DNA of 64,000 nucleotides from Planctomycetota bacterium. GTDB taxonomy: Bacteria; Planctomycetota; UBA11346. The stretch spans positions 64,001 to 128,000 of the forward strand of contig JBBQSO010000001.1 of NCBI GenBank assembly GCA_038213805.1, in the 5' to 3' direction. The notes under the pieces are model-generated. The model did no database searches and had not been told where the DNA came from. It was given only the letters and a program-made list of their open reading frames with translations. The first letter of the stretch is position 1; each line of letters opens with the position of its first letter. Shown one piece after another: positions 9,815-19,184 of the stretch. The translations under genes were made by a program, and so were the position numbers.

Positions 9815-9932
9815 TGGTCAGGTGACGGCTCGTCGGCGGATCCGCGAGCCAGCGATCTGGCGATTGGTACGCTGACCGGCACCCGGCCGGCCGTACCCAG
9901 ACCAGCTGCGCCCTGGCTCAGACTGGCACCCA

Positions 9933-10256
9933 CTATTTCTTGCCAGTCTTCCCGTTTCGCCTGATCACCAGCGCGCTGGCGTCGCCGTTCTTGACCGTGT
10001 ACGTGAGCTTGTCACCGACCTTGAGGTCGCTGAGGGACGATGGCTGCTTGTCGATGCTGATGAAGGTGCCTGCGGGCACCTTGGCCGTCACCGCGCCGCC
10101 CGTGGCGTCCGTGATGGTGATGGTCAGCTTTGCAGTGTCGATGGCGGTGATCTCGCCCGTGGCCGCCTTGGCCTTGGGCTCGGCCGCCCATGACTGACCG
10201 AACAGTGCGATGCAGGCGAGCAGGAGGAGCGGGAAGACCTGACGGATGGCGGGCAT
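9933..10256 (-). CDS. Small secreted OB-fold-like protein (DUF5666/CusF-like)
   Basis: Signal peptide; GEITAID...ITI and LSDLKVGDK pattern. Confidence 0.7.
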   Translation of the reverse strand: MPAIRQVFPLLLLACIALFGQSWAAEPKAKAATGEITAIDTAKLTITITDATGGAVTAKVPAGTFISIDKQPSSLSDLKVGDKLTYTVKNGDASALVIRRNGKTGKK

Positions 10257-10502
10257 CGGTGATTCCGGGAACGGGTGCGTGGGAGTGAGGGAAGCTGCCC
10301 ATCTGTGATCGCGGCAGACTCCTACTCATGCCCGACGCGCAAGGCTCTGCGGCCAGCGTGTCACACCACGATCTGCAACGCGTCCCCATTCCAACCCGCA
10401 CCACCATGGGTTGGGACCGCCACCGTCCAGACCGGAAACACACTTAAGCACCTGGAGGACCCGCATATCCCACGGTCATCTCGTCCCGTTTCCGCTGTCG
10501 CG

Positions 10503-11762
10503 TCAAGCCCGCCACGCCAGCGCCAGATCCATGACATTGGTATTGGTCGGCCCGGTCACCACCAGATCGCCAGCAGCCTGCAAGGCGGGATAGGCGTCGT
10601 GTCGCCGCAAAGCCCGTTCGGGATCGACCCCGCGCGCGGCAATGCGCGCCCAGCTGCTGGAATCGACCAAACCGCCCGCGGCATCGGTCGGGCCGTCATT
10701 CCCGTCAGTGCCGGCGGCAAGCAGCGTCACGGGCGCGCCGGTGCGGGCGAGCCAGCGCGCGGCGGCCAGCGCGAACTCCTGGTTGCGGCCGCCGCGACCC
10801 GGGTCGTCGCCCAGGGTCACCGTGGTCTCGCCGCCGGCGGCGATGAGCGTGCCGGGTGGCGCCGCGGCCGCCTGCGCACAAAAGCGCTCCGCTGCCTGCC
10901 AGGCCTCACCGGCGAGCGGCGCCGCGACGACGTCGGCGCCGATCGCGTCCAGAGCCAGACGATTGGAAGCGATGACGGCGTTGTGCACGCGCGTGAAGAG
11001 CGCGTCATCAGCCTTTGGGGTCCAGGACAGGTCCGCGGCCAGCGCGGTCAGCACGGCAGCCGGAATCCGCGTGGGGTCGAGGTGGCGGAGCAGCACCGCA
11101 CGCGCCTCGGCATCGGTCGATGGATCGGGGGCGGTCGGGCCGCTGCCGATCACCGCCAGGTCGTCACCCGGCACGTCGGACAGTGCCAGCGTCAGCACCC
11201 GCGCCGGCGCGCAGGCCAGGGCCAAGCGTCCGCCCTTGAGGCGCGAGAGGTGCTTGCGCACGGTGTTCAGCGCCTGGATGTCGGCGCCGCTGGCGAGCAG
11301 CTGACGCGTCACCTCCTGCTTATCAGCGAGCGTCAGCGGCGCGCGCGGCGCGGGCAGCAGCGCCGAGGCACCGCCCGACAGGCAGCAGATCACCAGATCC
11401 TCGGGTCCCAGACCGCGCACTGCCGCTTCGATGGCCGTCGCGCCAGCGACGCCGTCGGCGTCCGGCACGGGATGCCCGGCCTCGCGCAGCACGATGCGGG
11501 TCAGCGGCGCGCCGTGCCCGTGCTTGACCACGATCACTCCGCGCGTGATGCGCGCGCCAACCAACGCCTCGACCGCCTGCGCCATCGGCGCCGACGCCTT
11601 GCCCGCGCCGATCACCACCACCTGCCCACGGACCTCGTGCCGCCACGCGCCGCAGCGCAACTCGCGACCATCCCAGGCAAGGTGCGCGCGCACCGCCGCC
11701 GCCGGTTCGACCGCAGCCAGCGCGGCGCGGAAACGCTGCACAAGGTGGTCGCGTGGGTCCAT
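10503..11762 (-). CDS. Glycerate kinase type 2 (MOFRL/TtuD family)
   Basis: GAGKAS, GHPVPD, LSGGASAL, RKHLS.LKGG, GGETTV, GGRNQE, GTDGNDG, TGPTNTNVMD. Confidence 0.95.
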   Translation of the reverse strand: MDPRDHLVQRFRAALAAVEPAAAVRAHLAWDGRELRCGAWRHEVRGQVVVIGAGKASAPMAQAVEALVGARITRGVIVVKHGHGAPLTRIVLREAGHPVPDADGVAGATAIEAAVRGLGPEDLVICCLSGGASALLPAPRAPLTLADKQEVTRQLLASGADIQALNTVRKHLSRLKGGRLALACAPARVLTLALSDVPGDDLAVIGSGPTAPDPSTDAEARAVLLRHLDPTRIPAAVLTALAADLSWTPKADDALFTRVHNAVIASNRLALDAIGADVVAAPLAGEAWQAAERFCAQAAAAPPGTLIAAGGETTVTLGDDPGRGGRNQEFALAAARWLARTGAPVTLLAAGTDGNDGPTDAAGGLVDSSSWARIAARGVDPERALRRHDAYPALQAAGDLVVTGPTNTNVMDLALAWRA

Positions 11763-11834
11763 TCCAGAGCTCCAGGGCGGGGATCCTGCCGCTCGCCGGC
11801 CTTCAAGCCAGCGATCAGCATCCTACCGCTGATG

Positions 11835-11944
11835 GAACCGCCAAGACGCCAAGGCCGAAGAGCGGGCGACGCCGCGACACGTGCGGAGTTGGCGCCGCCC
11901 GCATCCCGTGCCCCGACCTTGGCGTCTGGGCGTCTGGGCGGTTC
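11835..11944. repeat. Intergenic REP/MITE-like long palindrome
   Basis: Left arm GAACCGCCAAGACGCCAAGG pairs with right arm CCTTGGCGTCT(GGGCGTCT)GGGCGGTTC. Inner stem CGGGCGACGCC/GGCGCCGCCCG. Confidence 0.65.
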
Positions 11945-11993
11945 TCTTCCGCTGTCCGAAGTCCACCGCCTCCTCAGACATAGCCCGCTGGGA

Positions 11994-12989
11994 TCACACC
12001 ACCGCTGGCTGCCGCTTCGCGCTCTCAACCATCGCATGGATCGGACGCAGCAGGTCGATCTCCCATTCCGGGCGGCGCGGGCAGCTGGCGTGGACGTGCG
12101 CGTCGGCCATGCGGCCGGCCAGCATCAGGTAGATCGCGGCGCTGTGCTTGTAGGCGGGCACGGGGTCGCGGAAGCCGACCATGCCCAGCCACTGCAGCGC
12201 GTCGTTGAGCTGGTAGAAGCGCGCGTCGCCGTCCCGCCACCAGCGATCGCGCAGGGCGAAGGCCTCGGGGTCGTAGGTCGACAGGCCGAGCAGGTAGTCC
12301 GACCCGTACTGCACCAGGTCGATGGCGAGGTCGTTGCCAGTCAGCACCAGCCAGTCCGGACGCGCGCGGTCGCGCAGCGCCAGGCGTTGCAGTTCGAGCC
12401 GGCGGTCGAGCGACGAATGCTTGGCGCCCTTCAGCTGTGGGATGTCGAGCAGGCGCGCGTAGGTGTCAAGGTCGTAGATCGCCCCGAAGGGCGCGAACAT
12501 CCGCCCGAGCTCGAAGGCGAAGGCACGTGGCGCCGGCGCGGTGATCGCCTGGTACGCGGCAGCGAGCTCCGCGCCACCGAGCGCGGTCAGCCACGGGCTT
12601 TGGAAGACGATCGGCGTGGCGCCGTGGTCGAGGATGTCGCGCACCGCCGCCTGATAGTTGGCGAGCGCGTCGCCCGGACCGCCGAAGGCCGCCGCGCCGG
12701 CGATCAGCGGCGCCGTCGCGCCGAGCTGGCGGCGCGCGAAGGCCAGCACCTCGCGGCGCTGCGCCGGTGTCAGCTGCGGCCCGAAGCCGGTGTCCATGTT
12801 GAGCGCCGGCTCAAGCCCGCTGGCGGCGGTCAGCGCCACATGGCGACCGAAGTCGTCCCAGTTGATGCGGCCATCGGCGTCGAAAGGCAGCAGCACCGCG
12901 GTCGAGCCATAGATGGTGCGGCGTGGGCAGATGCGCGCGGTGAATTCGTCTGTGGTCTGCGGCAGGGCGGCTGGGGCGGAGCGGTCCAT
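11994..12989 (-). CDS. Dihydrodipicolinate synthase-family (class I aldolase/dehydratase) protein
   Basis: AVLLPFDADGRINW, LNMDTG, Schiff-base Lys in LKGAKHSS, LTGND. Start ATG 12989. Confidence 0.85.
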   Translation of the reverse strand: MDRSAPAALPQTTDEFTARICPRRTIYGSTAVLLPFDADGRINWDDFGRHVALTAASGLEPALNMDTGFGPQLTPAQRREVLAFARRQLGATAPLIAGAAAFGGPGDALANYQAAVRDILDHGATPIVFQSPWLTALGGAELAAAYQAITAPAPRAFAFELGRMFAPFGAIYDLDTYARLLDIPQLKGAKHSSLDRRLELQRLALRDRARPDWLVLTGNDLAIDLVQYGSDYLLGLSTYDPEAFALRDRWWRDGDARFYQLNDALQWLGMVGFRDPVPAYKHSAAIYLMLAGRMADAHVHASCPRRPEWEIDLLRPIHAMVESAKRQPAVV

Positions 12990-13009
12990 GGGTGCCTCGG
13001 GCAGGATGG

Positions 13010-13843
13010 TCAGACGTGGTCGCGGTAGGCGGCGATGATGCGCTCCAGCCAGGCCTGCTGATCGCCAGCCCAGTGGCGCGCAGAGAAGATCTCGACCTCG
13101 ATATCCCCGGAAAAGCCGGCGGCCTCGATGCGTGCGCGGATTGCGGGGATGTCGATGCAACCTTCGCCCATCAGGCCGCGGTCGTTCAGAACATCGTCCT
13201 GCTGCACCTTCCAGTCGCAGACGTGGAAGGCATGGAGCAGGCCGAGCCGACCGGCGCGCTCCAGCTCGTCGTCAAGGGCATCGTCCCACCACACGTGGTA
13301 GACGTCGACCGCGATACCGACGTCGGTGCGCCCGGTGGGGTTCAGCTGCTCGCAGAGGCGCCGCGCCTGCGCCAGGGTGGTGACGGCCGAGCGGTCCGCG
13401 GCGTACTGCGGATGCAGCGGCTCGATGGCCAGGCGCACGCCGGCGGCGCGCGCATGCGGCAGCACCGCGGCGATGCCGTCGGCGATGTGGCGGCGCGCCT
13501 CGGCGAGCGGCAGACCGGGAACCGCGCCGCACACCAGCACCACATGCGGCGCGCCGATCGCGGCGGCCTGGTCGATGGCGGCGCGGTTGTCGTCGATAGC
13601 GTGCTGCCGCCCGGCGGCGTCCACCGCGGGGAAGAACCCGCCGCGGCAGAGGCTGGTCACGCGCAGGCCCGACGCCTTCAGCGCGGCCATGCCGGGCGCG
13701 TCGAGATGCTGACGCCACACGCTGATCGCCGGCACGCCGGCGCGCTCATAGGCGGCGACCGCCTGGGCCAGCGACCACGGTTTCGTGGTCATGGTGTGCA
13801 CGCACAGCCGGCGCGGATCCGGCGCGGGCAGCGGGCGCGTCAC
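13010..13843 (-). CDS. Sugar phosphate isomerase/epimerase (xylose isomerase-like TIM barrel)
   Basis: [38 protein letters not shown] start overlaps the upstream stop. Confidence 0.9.
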   Translation of the reverse strand: MTRPLPAPDPRRLCVHTMTTKPWSLAQAVAAYERAGVPAISVWRQHLDAPGMAALKASGLRVTSLCRGGFFPAVDAAGRQHAIDDNRAAIDQAAAIGAPHVVLVCGAVPGLPLAEARRHIADGIAAVLPHARAAGVRLAIEPLHPQYAADRSAVTTLAQARRLCEQLNPTGRTDVGIAVDVYHVWWDDALDDELERAGRLGLLHAFHVCDWKVQQDDVLNDRGLMGEGCIDIPAIRARIEAAGFSGDIEVEIFSARHWAGDQQAWLERIIAAYRDHV

Positions 13844-15003
13844 AGCGGCTCCAGGTCGACCCAGCGGCGCTCGCGCCACGAGCGCAGGCCGGCTTCAGCG
13901 AGCTGCACGCCCCTGGCGCCTTCGCGCAGCGTCCAGCGGAAGGGCTCGCCGAGCGCGACGTGGCGCAGGAACAGCTCCCACTGGATCTTGAAGGCGTTGT
14001 CGTAGGTGGTGGCGTCGGGCACCTCGGTCCAACGGTCGAAATGGTTGAGTGGGCTGTCGATGTCCGGGTTCCACACCGGGCGCGGCGTGGCGGCGGCGTG
14101 CTGCGCCCAGCACTTGCGCAGCCCGGCCACCGCCGTGCCATGGGTGCCGTCGACCTGTACGGTGAGCAGGTCGTCGCGCCGCACGCGCACGTCCCACGAA
14201 CTGTTGAACTGGCAGATCACGCCGTTGTCGAGCTGGAAGGTCGCGTACGCGCTGTCGTCAGCGGTGCACGCATAGGGCTTGCCGTCCTCGCCGATGCGCT
14301 CGGGCAGGTGGGTGGCGCCCAGGCAGCTGACCCCGGTGACATTGCCGAACAGGTTGTCGATCATGTAACGCCAGTGGCAGAGCATGTCGATGATGATGCC
14401 GCCGCCGTCCTCCTTGCGGTAGTTCCAGCTCGGCCGCTGCGCCGGCTGGTCGCCGACGTGGCCGGTGAATACCCAGTAGCCGAACTCGCCGCGCACCGAG
14501 AGGATGCGCCCGAAGAAGCCCTGCTCCTTGAGCATCTGCAGCTTGCGCATGCCGGGCAGCCACAGCTTGTCCTGGACCACACCGTTCTTCACCCCGGCGC
14601 GCTCGCAGACCGTGGCCAGGCGCAGCGCCTCGGCGGTGGTGACCGCGGTCGGCTTCTCGCAGTAGATGGCCTTGCCCGCCGCTGCAGCGCGCTCGACGAA
14701 ACCGGCGCGCTGCAGGGTGCCACTCGAATCGAAGAAGACCGCGTAGCGCGGATCGGCCAGGACCCTGTCCAGGTCGGTGCTGTAGGTCAGCGTGTGGCCC
14801 GCGCCCGCGTAGCGCTCGCACAGTGCCTGCAGGCGCGGTGCGCTGCGCCCGGTGAGGATCGGATCCGGCATCAGGGTGAGGTCGTCGCTGACGCGGATGC
14901 CCCCCTGCTGCATGATCGCCAGGATCGAGCGCACCAGGTGCTGGTTGGTACCCATGCGCCCGGTGACGCCGTTGAGGATGATGCCGATGGGACGGATGGT
15001 CAT
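13840..15003 (-). CDS. Gfo/Idh/MocA-family oxidoreductase
   Basis: [36 protein letters not shown]. Confidence 0.93.
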   Translation of the reverse strand: MTIRPIGIILNGVTGRMGTNQHLVRSILAIMQQGGIRVSDDLTLMPDPILTGRSAPRLQALCERYAGAGHTLTYSTDLDRVLADPRYAVFFDSSGTLQRAGFVERAAAAGKAIYCEKPTAVTTAEALRLATVCERAGVKNGVVQDKLWLPGMRKLQMLKEQGFFGRILSVRGEFGYWVFTGHVGDQPAQRPSWNYRKEDGGGIIIDMLCHWRYMIDNLFGNVTGVSCLGATHLPERIGEDGKPYACTADDSAYATFQLDNGVICQFNSSWDVRVRRDDLLTVQVDGTHGTAVAGLRKCWAQHAAATPRPVWNPDIDSPLNHFDRWTEVPDATTYDNAFKIQWELFLRHVALGEPFRWTLREGARGVQLAEAGLRSWRERRWVDLEPL

Positions 15004-15036
15004 GCGCGGTCCGCGGGGGTGGCTGGGCACAGATTA

Positions 15037-15048
15037 ATCATATATGAT
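15037..15048. promoter_or_regulatory. AT-rich palindrome ATCATATATGAT, candidate repressor operator in the promoter of the catabolic operon
   Basis: Perfect 12-bp palindrome in a ~30-bp AT island, lying between a minus-strand TTGAAA and TAATCT. Confidence 0.5.
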
Positions 15049-15283
15049 ATATTTCAAGGGAGAGCCGTACGGGGTGCGACGGAGCGTTTCCGGGCTTGCG
15101 CCAGCAGCTCGCCGGGTCCCGACGCAAATCCGCATCTCATGTGCGCAAATCAGCAGCAACAGAGCGCAAACAGCAAAACGACGTCCCCGCCAACCCGTAC
15201 CATCTCGCGCCATGCCCTCCCCCGCTCCGTCGAAGCCGCGCCCCCTTGCTGGACCACCCGCAACGCCATGTGGTAGCCTGGGC

Positions 15284-18200
15284 ATGATGCGTGTCCCTCT
15301 CCTCCGCTGGCGCGTCGTCGCCAGCCGCCTCGCGCTGCTCCTGCCGCTGCTCGCCCTGGCCCTGCCGGCGCGCGCCGCGGACAGCGCCGCCGACCTGGAA
15401 TTCTTCGAAGCCAAGGTGCGCCCGATCCTTGCCGGCAGCTGCTACAAGTGCCACTCCCAGAAGTCCGAGAAGCTCAAGGGCGGCCTCTACGTCGACACCC
15501 GCGCGGGCCTGATCACCGGGGGCGATACCGCCCCGGCCATCGTCCCCGGCAACCCCGCGAAGAGTCTGCTGATCGAGGCGGTCGCCTACACCAACCCCGA
15601 CCTGCAGATGCCGCCGAAGACCCGGCTGTCGGCGCAGCAGATCGCCGATCTCACCGCCTGGGTCCAGCGCGGCGCGCCGTGGCCGGTCGAGGCCGCCCCG
15701 ACGACCACCGATGCCAGCCTCAAGAAGCCCTTCGACCTCGCGGGCCGCAGAAAGGGGTGGTGGGCGTGGCAGCCGATCGCGGCCCCCACCCCGCCAGCCG
15801 TGGGCGACGCGGCGTGGTGCCACGGCGACATCGACCGCTTCATCCTCGCCAAGCTGCAGGAGGAGCACCTGCAGCCCGCGCCGGCCGCCGACCGCCGCAC
15901 CCTGATCCGCCGCCTGTCCTTCGATCTCATCGGCCTGCCGCCCACGCCGACCGAGGTCGAGGCCTTCGTCGCCGATGCCAGCCCACATGCGGTCGAGGGC
16001 GTGGTCGACCGCCTGCTCGCCTCGCCGCGCTTCGGCGAACGCTGGGGCCGGCACTGGCTCGATCTGGTGCGCTACGCCGAGTCGCGCGGGCACGAGTTCG
16101 ACTACGCCATCCCGAACGCCTGGCAGTACCGCGACTACGTGATCCGCGCCTTCAACGCCGATCTGCCCTACGACCGCTTCGTGACCGAGCAGATCGCCGG
16201 CGACCTGCTGCCGCAACCGCGCACCAACCCCGGCGCGGGCTTCAACGAGTCGGTGCTCGGCACCGGCTTCTGGCTGCTCGGCGAGGGCGTGCACTCGCCG
16301 GTCGACATCCGCCAGGACCAGGCCGACCGCGTCGACAACATGATCGATGTGCTGGGCAAGACCTTCATGGGCCTGACCATTGCCTGCGCGCGCTGCCACG
16401 ATCACAAATTCGACGCCATCGCCGCCAAGGACTACTACGCACTCGCCGGTATGATCGAGAGCAGCACCTACCGCCAGGTGCGCTTCGAGACCGACCTGCC
16501 GCACCGCGCCATCGCCGCTCAGCTGCAGCGCCTGCGCGGTGAGCATGGCCCGGCGATCGCCAAGGCCTTCGCCGACGGCTGCAGGCCGGTGCTCGACCGG
16601 CTCGACACCTATCTGCTCACCGCGCGCGATGCGCTGCGCAGCGCCACCCCGGCCGCCCCAGGCGCCGACGAGGTCTTCGCTGATTTCGAGTCCGGCACCT
16701 ACACGGGTTGGACGGCCACCGGCACCGCCTTCGGCGCCGGCCCGCGCACACTCGAAACCATCTCGCCGATCCAGGGCCGCATCAACGGCGTCGGCCGCTA
16801 TTTCGTCAACACCTACTGCCACGAGACAAACGGCGACGACGCCACCGGCACGCTGACCTCGCGGACCTTCACCATCAGCAAGCCCTGGCTGAACCTGCTG
16901 GTCGGCGGCGGCGATTATGCCGGCCAGACCTGCGTCGACCTGATAATCGACGGCGCGCGCGTGCTCACCGCCACCGGCCGGCGCAACAACCAGATGTTCC
17001 CGGTCGCCTGGGATCTGCGCCCCTTCCTGGGCCGCACGGCTGCCATCCGCATCGTCGATGAGCGCACCGGTGCGTGGGGCAACATCGGCGTCGACCACCT
17101 CGTGTTCAGCGCCGCGCCCGCCGATGCCGTCGCCGTTGCTGCGCACGTCTCGCCGACGGATGATCCGGCGCAGAGCGCGCGCATCGCCGCACTCGCCCGC
17201 GAGCGTGGACTGGACGCGCCCACGCTGCTCGCCTGGGTCTCGCACCTGGCCGCGGTCGCCGACCAGCCTGGCGAACCGTTCAGCGCCTGGGCCCGCTGTG
17301 CCCTCGATCCCGCCCTGAAACCCGACGAACTCTTCGCTGCTCCGCCGCCGCCGGCCGCCGCGGCACCGGCGCTGATCGACTATGCCGATCTGGGCGCGGA
17401 GGACTGGCTGCCGGACGGCGTCGCCTTCGGCAGCGGCCCGCTGCGCGCTGGCGAGGTCCGCCTGGGCGGCGATCCGCTGCAGCCGCTGGCCACCGTGGCG
17501 GCATACTCCATGGCCGCGGCGGATCCGGTCTGGCAGGGTCTGAAGCGAGCCCCGGACGCCGCCAACGACCCCGTCGGCCTCGATTACGACCGCGCGGGGC
17601 GCACCCTGACGACGCGCTCGTTCGTTATCGACGCCGACCGCGTGCACGTGCTGCTGCGCGGCATCGCGCACGTCTATGCCCCGGTCGGCCAGCACGCCCT
17701 GGTCTATGGCCCGTTGCACGGGGCGCTGGTTCAGCGCGTGGACACCCACGGGGCGTTCGCTTGGACCACCCTGGACCTGGCCGCCTACCGTGGCCTGCGC
17801 ACGCACCTCGAGTTCACCGCTGAGAGCGGCGACTTCGCGGTCGTGCGCGTGGTGGTGGCCGACCACGCGCCCGCGCCGCCGGCCGCCGGGGGCCGGGCAC
17901 TGGCGGCCGCGCTGGCCGGCGCGCACGGCGATCCCGCGGCGCTCACCGCGGCCTACCGCCAGGTCTTCGCCGCGCTCGCCACGCGCCTGGGAACGGGCAG
18001 CCTCGCCGGCAGCCCCGATGCCGAAGATCTCGCGCCGCTCGCCGACTGGCTGGTGCGGCACGCGCCGCTGTTCGGCCAGGGCCGCACACCGCTCGCCGCC
18101 GCGCAACCCTTCCAGGCCGCACAGCAGAAGCTGCTGGCGGGCGTGCGTATGGAATCGCACCTCGCGCTGGCGCTGATGGATGGCAATGGCACGGACGGCT

Positions 18201-19168
18201 ACGTGATGAAGCGCGGCTCATGGCACAACCGCGGCGAGACCGCACCGCGCCAGCTGCTTGAGGCCATCGCTGGCGCCGACCAGCCGCGCATCGCCAAGGG
18301 CAGCGGCCGCCTGGAGCTGGCCAGCCGCATGACCGATCCGCGCGACCCCTTCACCGCCCGGGTGATGGTCAACCGCATCTGGCACCACCTGTTCGGCCGC
18401 GGCATTGTGCCGTCGGTCGACAATTTCGGCGTGCTCGGCGGCAAGCCCAGCAATCCGGCACTGCTCGACCACCTCGCCACCAGCTTCGTGAAGAACGGCT
18501 GGTCGGTGAAGCAGGCGATCCGCGCCATGGTGCTGTCCGCAACCTACCAACAGAGCAGCGCCGCCGAGCCCGAGGCCGACCGCCGCGATCCCGACGATCA
18601 GTGGCTGCACCGCATGCCGATCCGCCGCCTCGAAGCCGAAGCGGTGCGCGACAGCATCCTCGCCGTCTCCGGGCGGCTCGATAACGCGGCGTTGGGGGGA
18701 CCGAGCGTTCCGGTCTTCCTCACCGACTTCATGGAGGGTCGCGGACGGCCCGAGGGCGGCCCGCTGGACGGCAACGGCCGACGCAGCGTCTACCTCGCGA
18801 TCCGCCGCAATTTCCTCTCGCCGATGCTGATGGCCTTCGACGCGCCGACGCCGTTCAGCAGCATGGGACGGCGCTCGGTCTCAAACGTGCCGGCGCAGGC
18901 GCTGACACTGATGAACGACCCGCTGGTCATCGCAGAGGCACGGCGCTGGGCCGAACGCGTGCTCGCCGAACCGGGGAAGAGTCCTGAAGAGCGCATCGCG
19001 CGCATGTGGGCCACCGCCTTCGGCCGCCCCCCGCTGACAGACGAGACCAAAGCGGTGCTCGCCTTCCTGTCCGATCACGCCGCCGCGCTCGGCGGCGACG
19101 AGGCCGCGCTATGGGCCGATCTCGCCCACGCGCTGGTCAACTGCAAAGAATTCATCTTCATCAACTGA
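15284..19168 (+). CDS. Planctomycete cytochrome c / DUF1549 / DUF1553 (PSD1) protein
   Basis: Signal peptide, FFEAKVRPIL..CYKCH, LIRRLSFDLIGLPPT, FGERWGRHWLDLVRYAES, CARCHDHKFD, RVMVNRIW, RRLEAEAVRD, QALTLMN, EFIFIN. Confidence 0.95.
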   Translation: MMRVPLLRWRVVASRLALLLPLLALALPARAADSAADLEFFEAKVRPILAGSCYKCHSQKSEKLKGGLYVDTRAGLITGGDTAPAIVPGNPAKSLLIEAVAYTNPDLQMPPKTRLSAQQIADLTAWVQRGAPWPVEAAPTTTDASLKKPFDLAGRRKGWWAWQPIAAPTPPAVGDAAWCHGDIDRFILAKLQEEHLQPAPAADRRTLIRRLSFDLIGLPPTPTEVEAFVADASPHAVEGVVDRLLASPRFGERWGRHWLDLVRYAESRGHEFDYAIPNAWQYRDYVIRAFNADLPYDRFVTEQIAGDLLPQPRTNPGAGFNESVLGTGFWLLGEGVHSPVDIRQDQADRVDNMIDVLGKTFMGLTIACARCHDHKFDAIAAKDYYALAGMIESSTYRQVRFETDLPHRAIAAQLQRLRGEHGPAIAKAFADGCRPVLDRLDTYLLTARDALRSATPAAPGADEVFADFESGTYTGWTATGTAFGAGPRTLETISPIQGRINGVGRYFVNTYCHETNGDDATGTLTSRTFTISKPWLNLLVGGGDYAGQTCVDLIIDGARVLTATGRRNNQMFPVAWDLRPFLGRTAAIRIVDERTGAWGNIGVDHLVFSAAPADAVAVAAHVSPTDDPAQSARIAALARERGLDAPTLLAWVSHLAAVADQPGEPFSAWARCALDPALKPDELFAAPPPPAAAAPALIDYADLGAEDWLPDGVAFGSGPLRAGEVRLGGDPLQPLATVAAYSMAAADPVWQGLKRAPDAANDPVGLDYDRAGRTLTTRSFVIDADRVHVLLRGIAHVYAPVGQHALVYGPLHGALVQRVDTHGAFAWTTLDLAAYRGLRTHLEFTAESGDFAVVRVVVADHAPAPPAAGGRALAAALAGAHGDPAALTAAYRQVFAALATRLGTGSLAGSPDAEDLAPLADWLVRHAPLFGQGRTPLAAAQPFQAAQQKLLAGVRMESHLALALMDGNGTDGYVMKRGSWHNRGETAPRQLLEAIAGADQPRIAKGSGRLELASRMTDPRDPFTARVMVNRIWHHLFGRGIVPSVDNFGVLGGKPSNPALLDHLATSFVKNGWSVKQAIRAMVLSATYQQSSAAEPEADRRDPDDQWLHRMPIRRLEAEAVRDSILAVSGRLDNAALGGPSVPVFLTDFMEGRGRPEGGPLDGNGRRSVYLAIRRNFLSPMLMAFDAPTPFSSMGRRSVSNVPAQALTLMNDPLVIAEARRWAERVLAEPGKSPEERIARMWATAFGRPPLTDETKAVLAFLSDHAAALGGDEAALWADLAHALVNCKEFIFIN

Positions 19169-19184
19169 ACGCGACGGGACCACC

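Noticed and set aside
10275..13028. 917-aa plus-strand ORF
   Set aside because: Antisense shadow of the glycerate kinase and DHDPS-family genes; Arg/Gly/Ala-rich with no motifs, typical of high-GC DNA.
15137..18160. 1007-aa minus-strand ORF
   Set aside because: Antisense shadow of the cytochrome c/DUF1553 gene.
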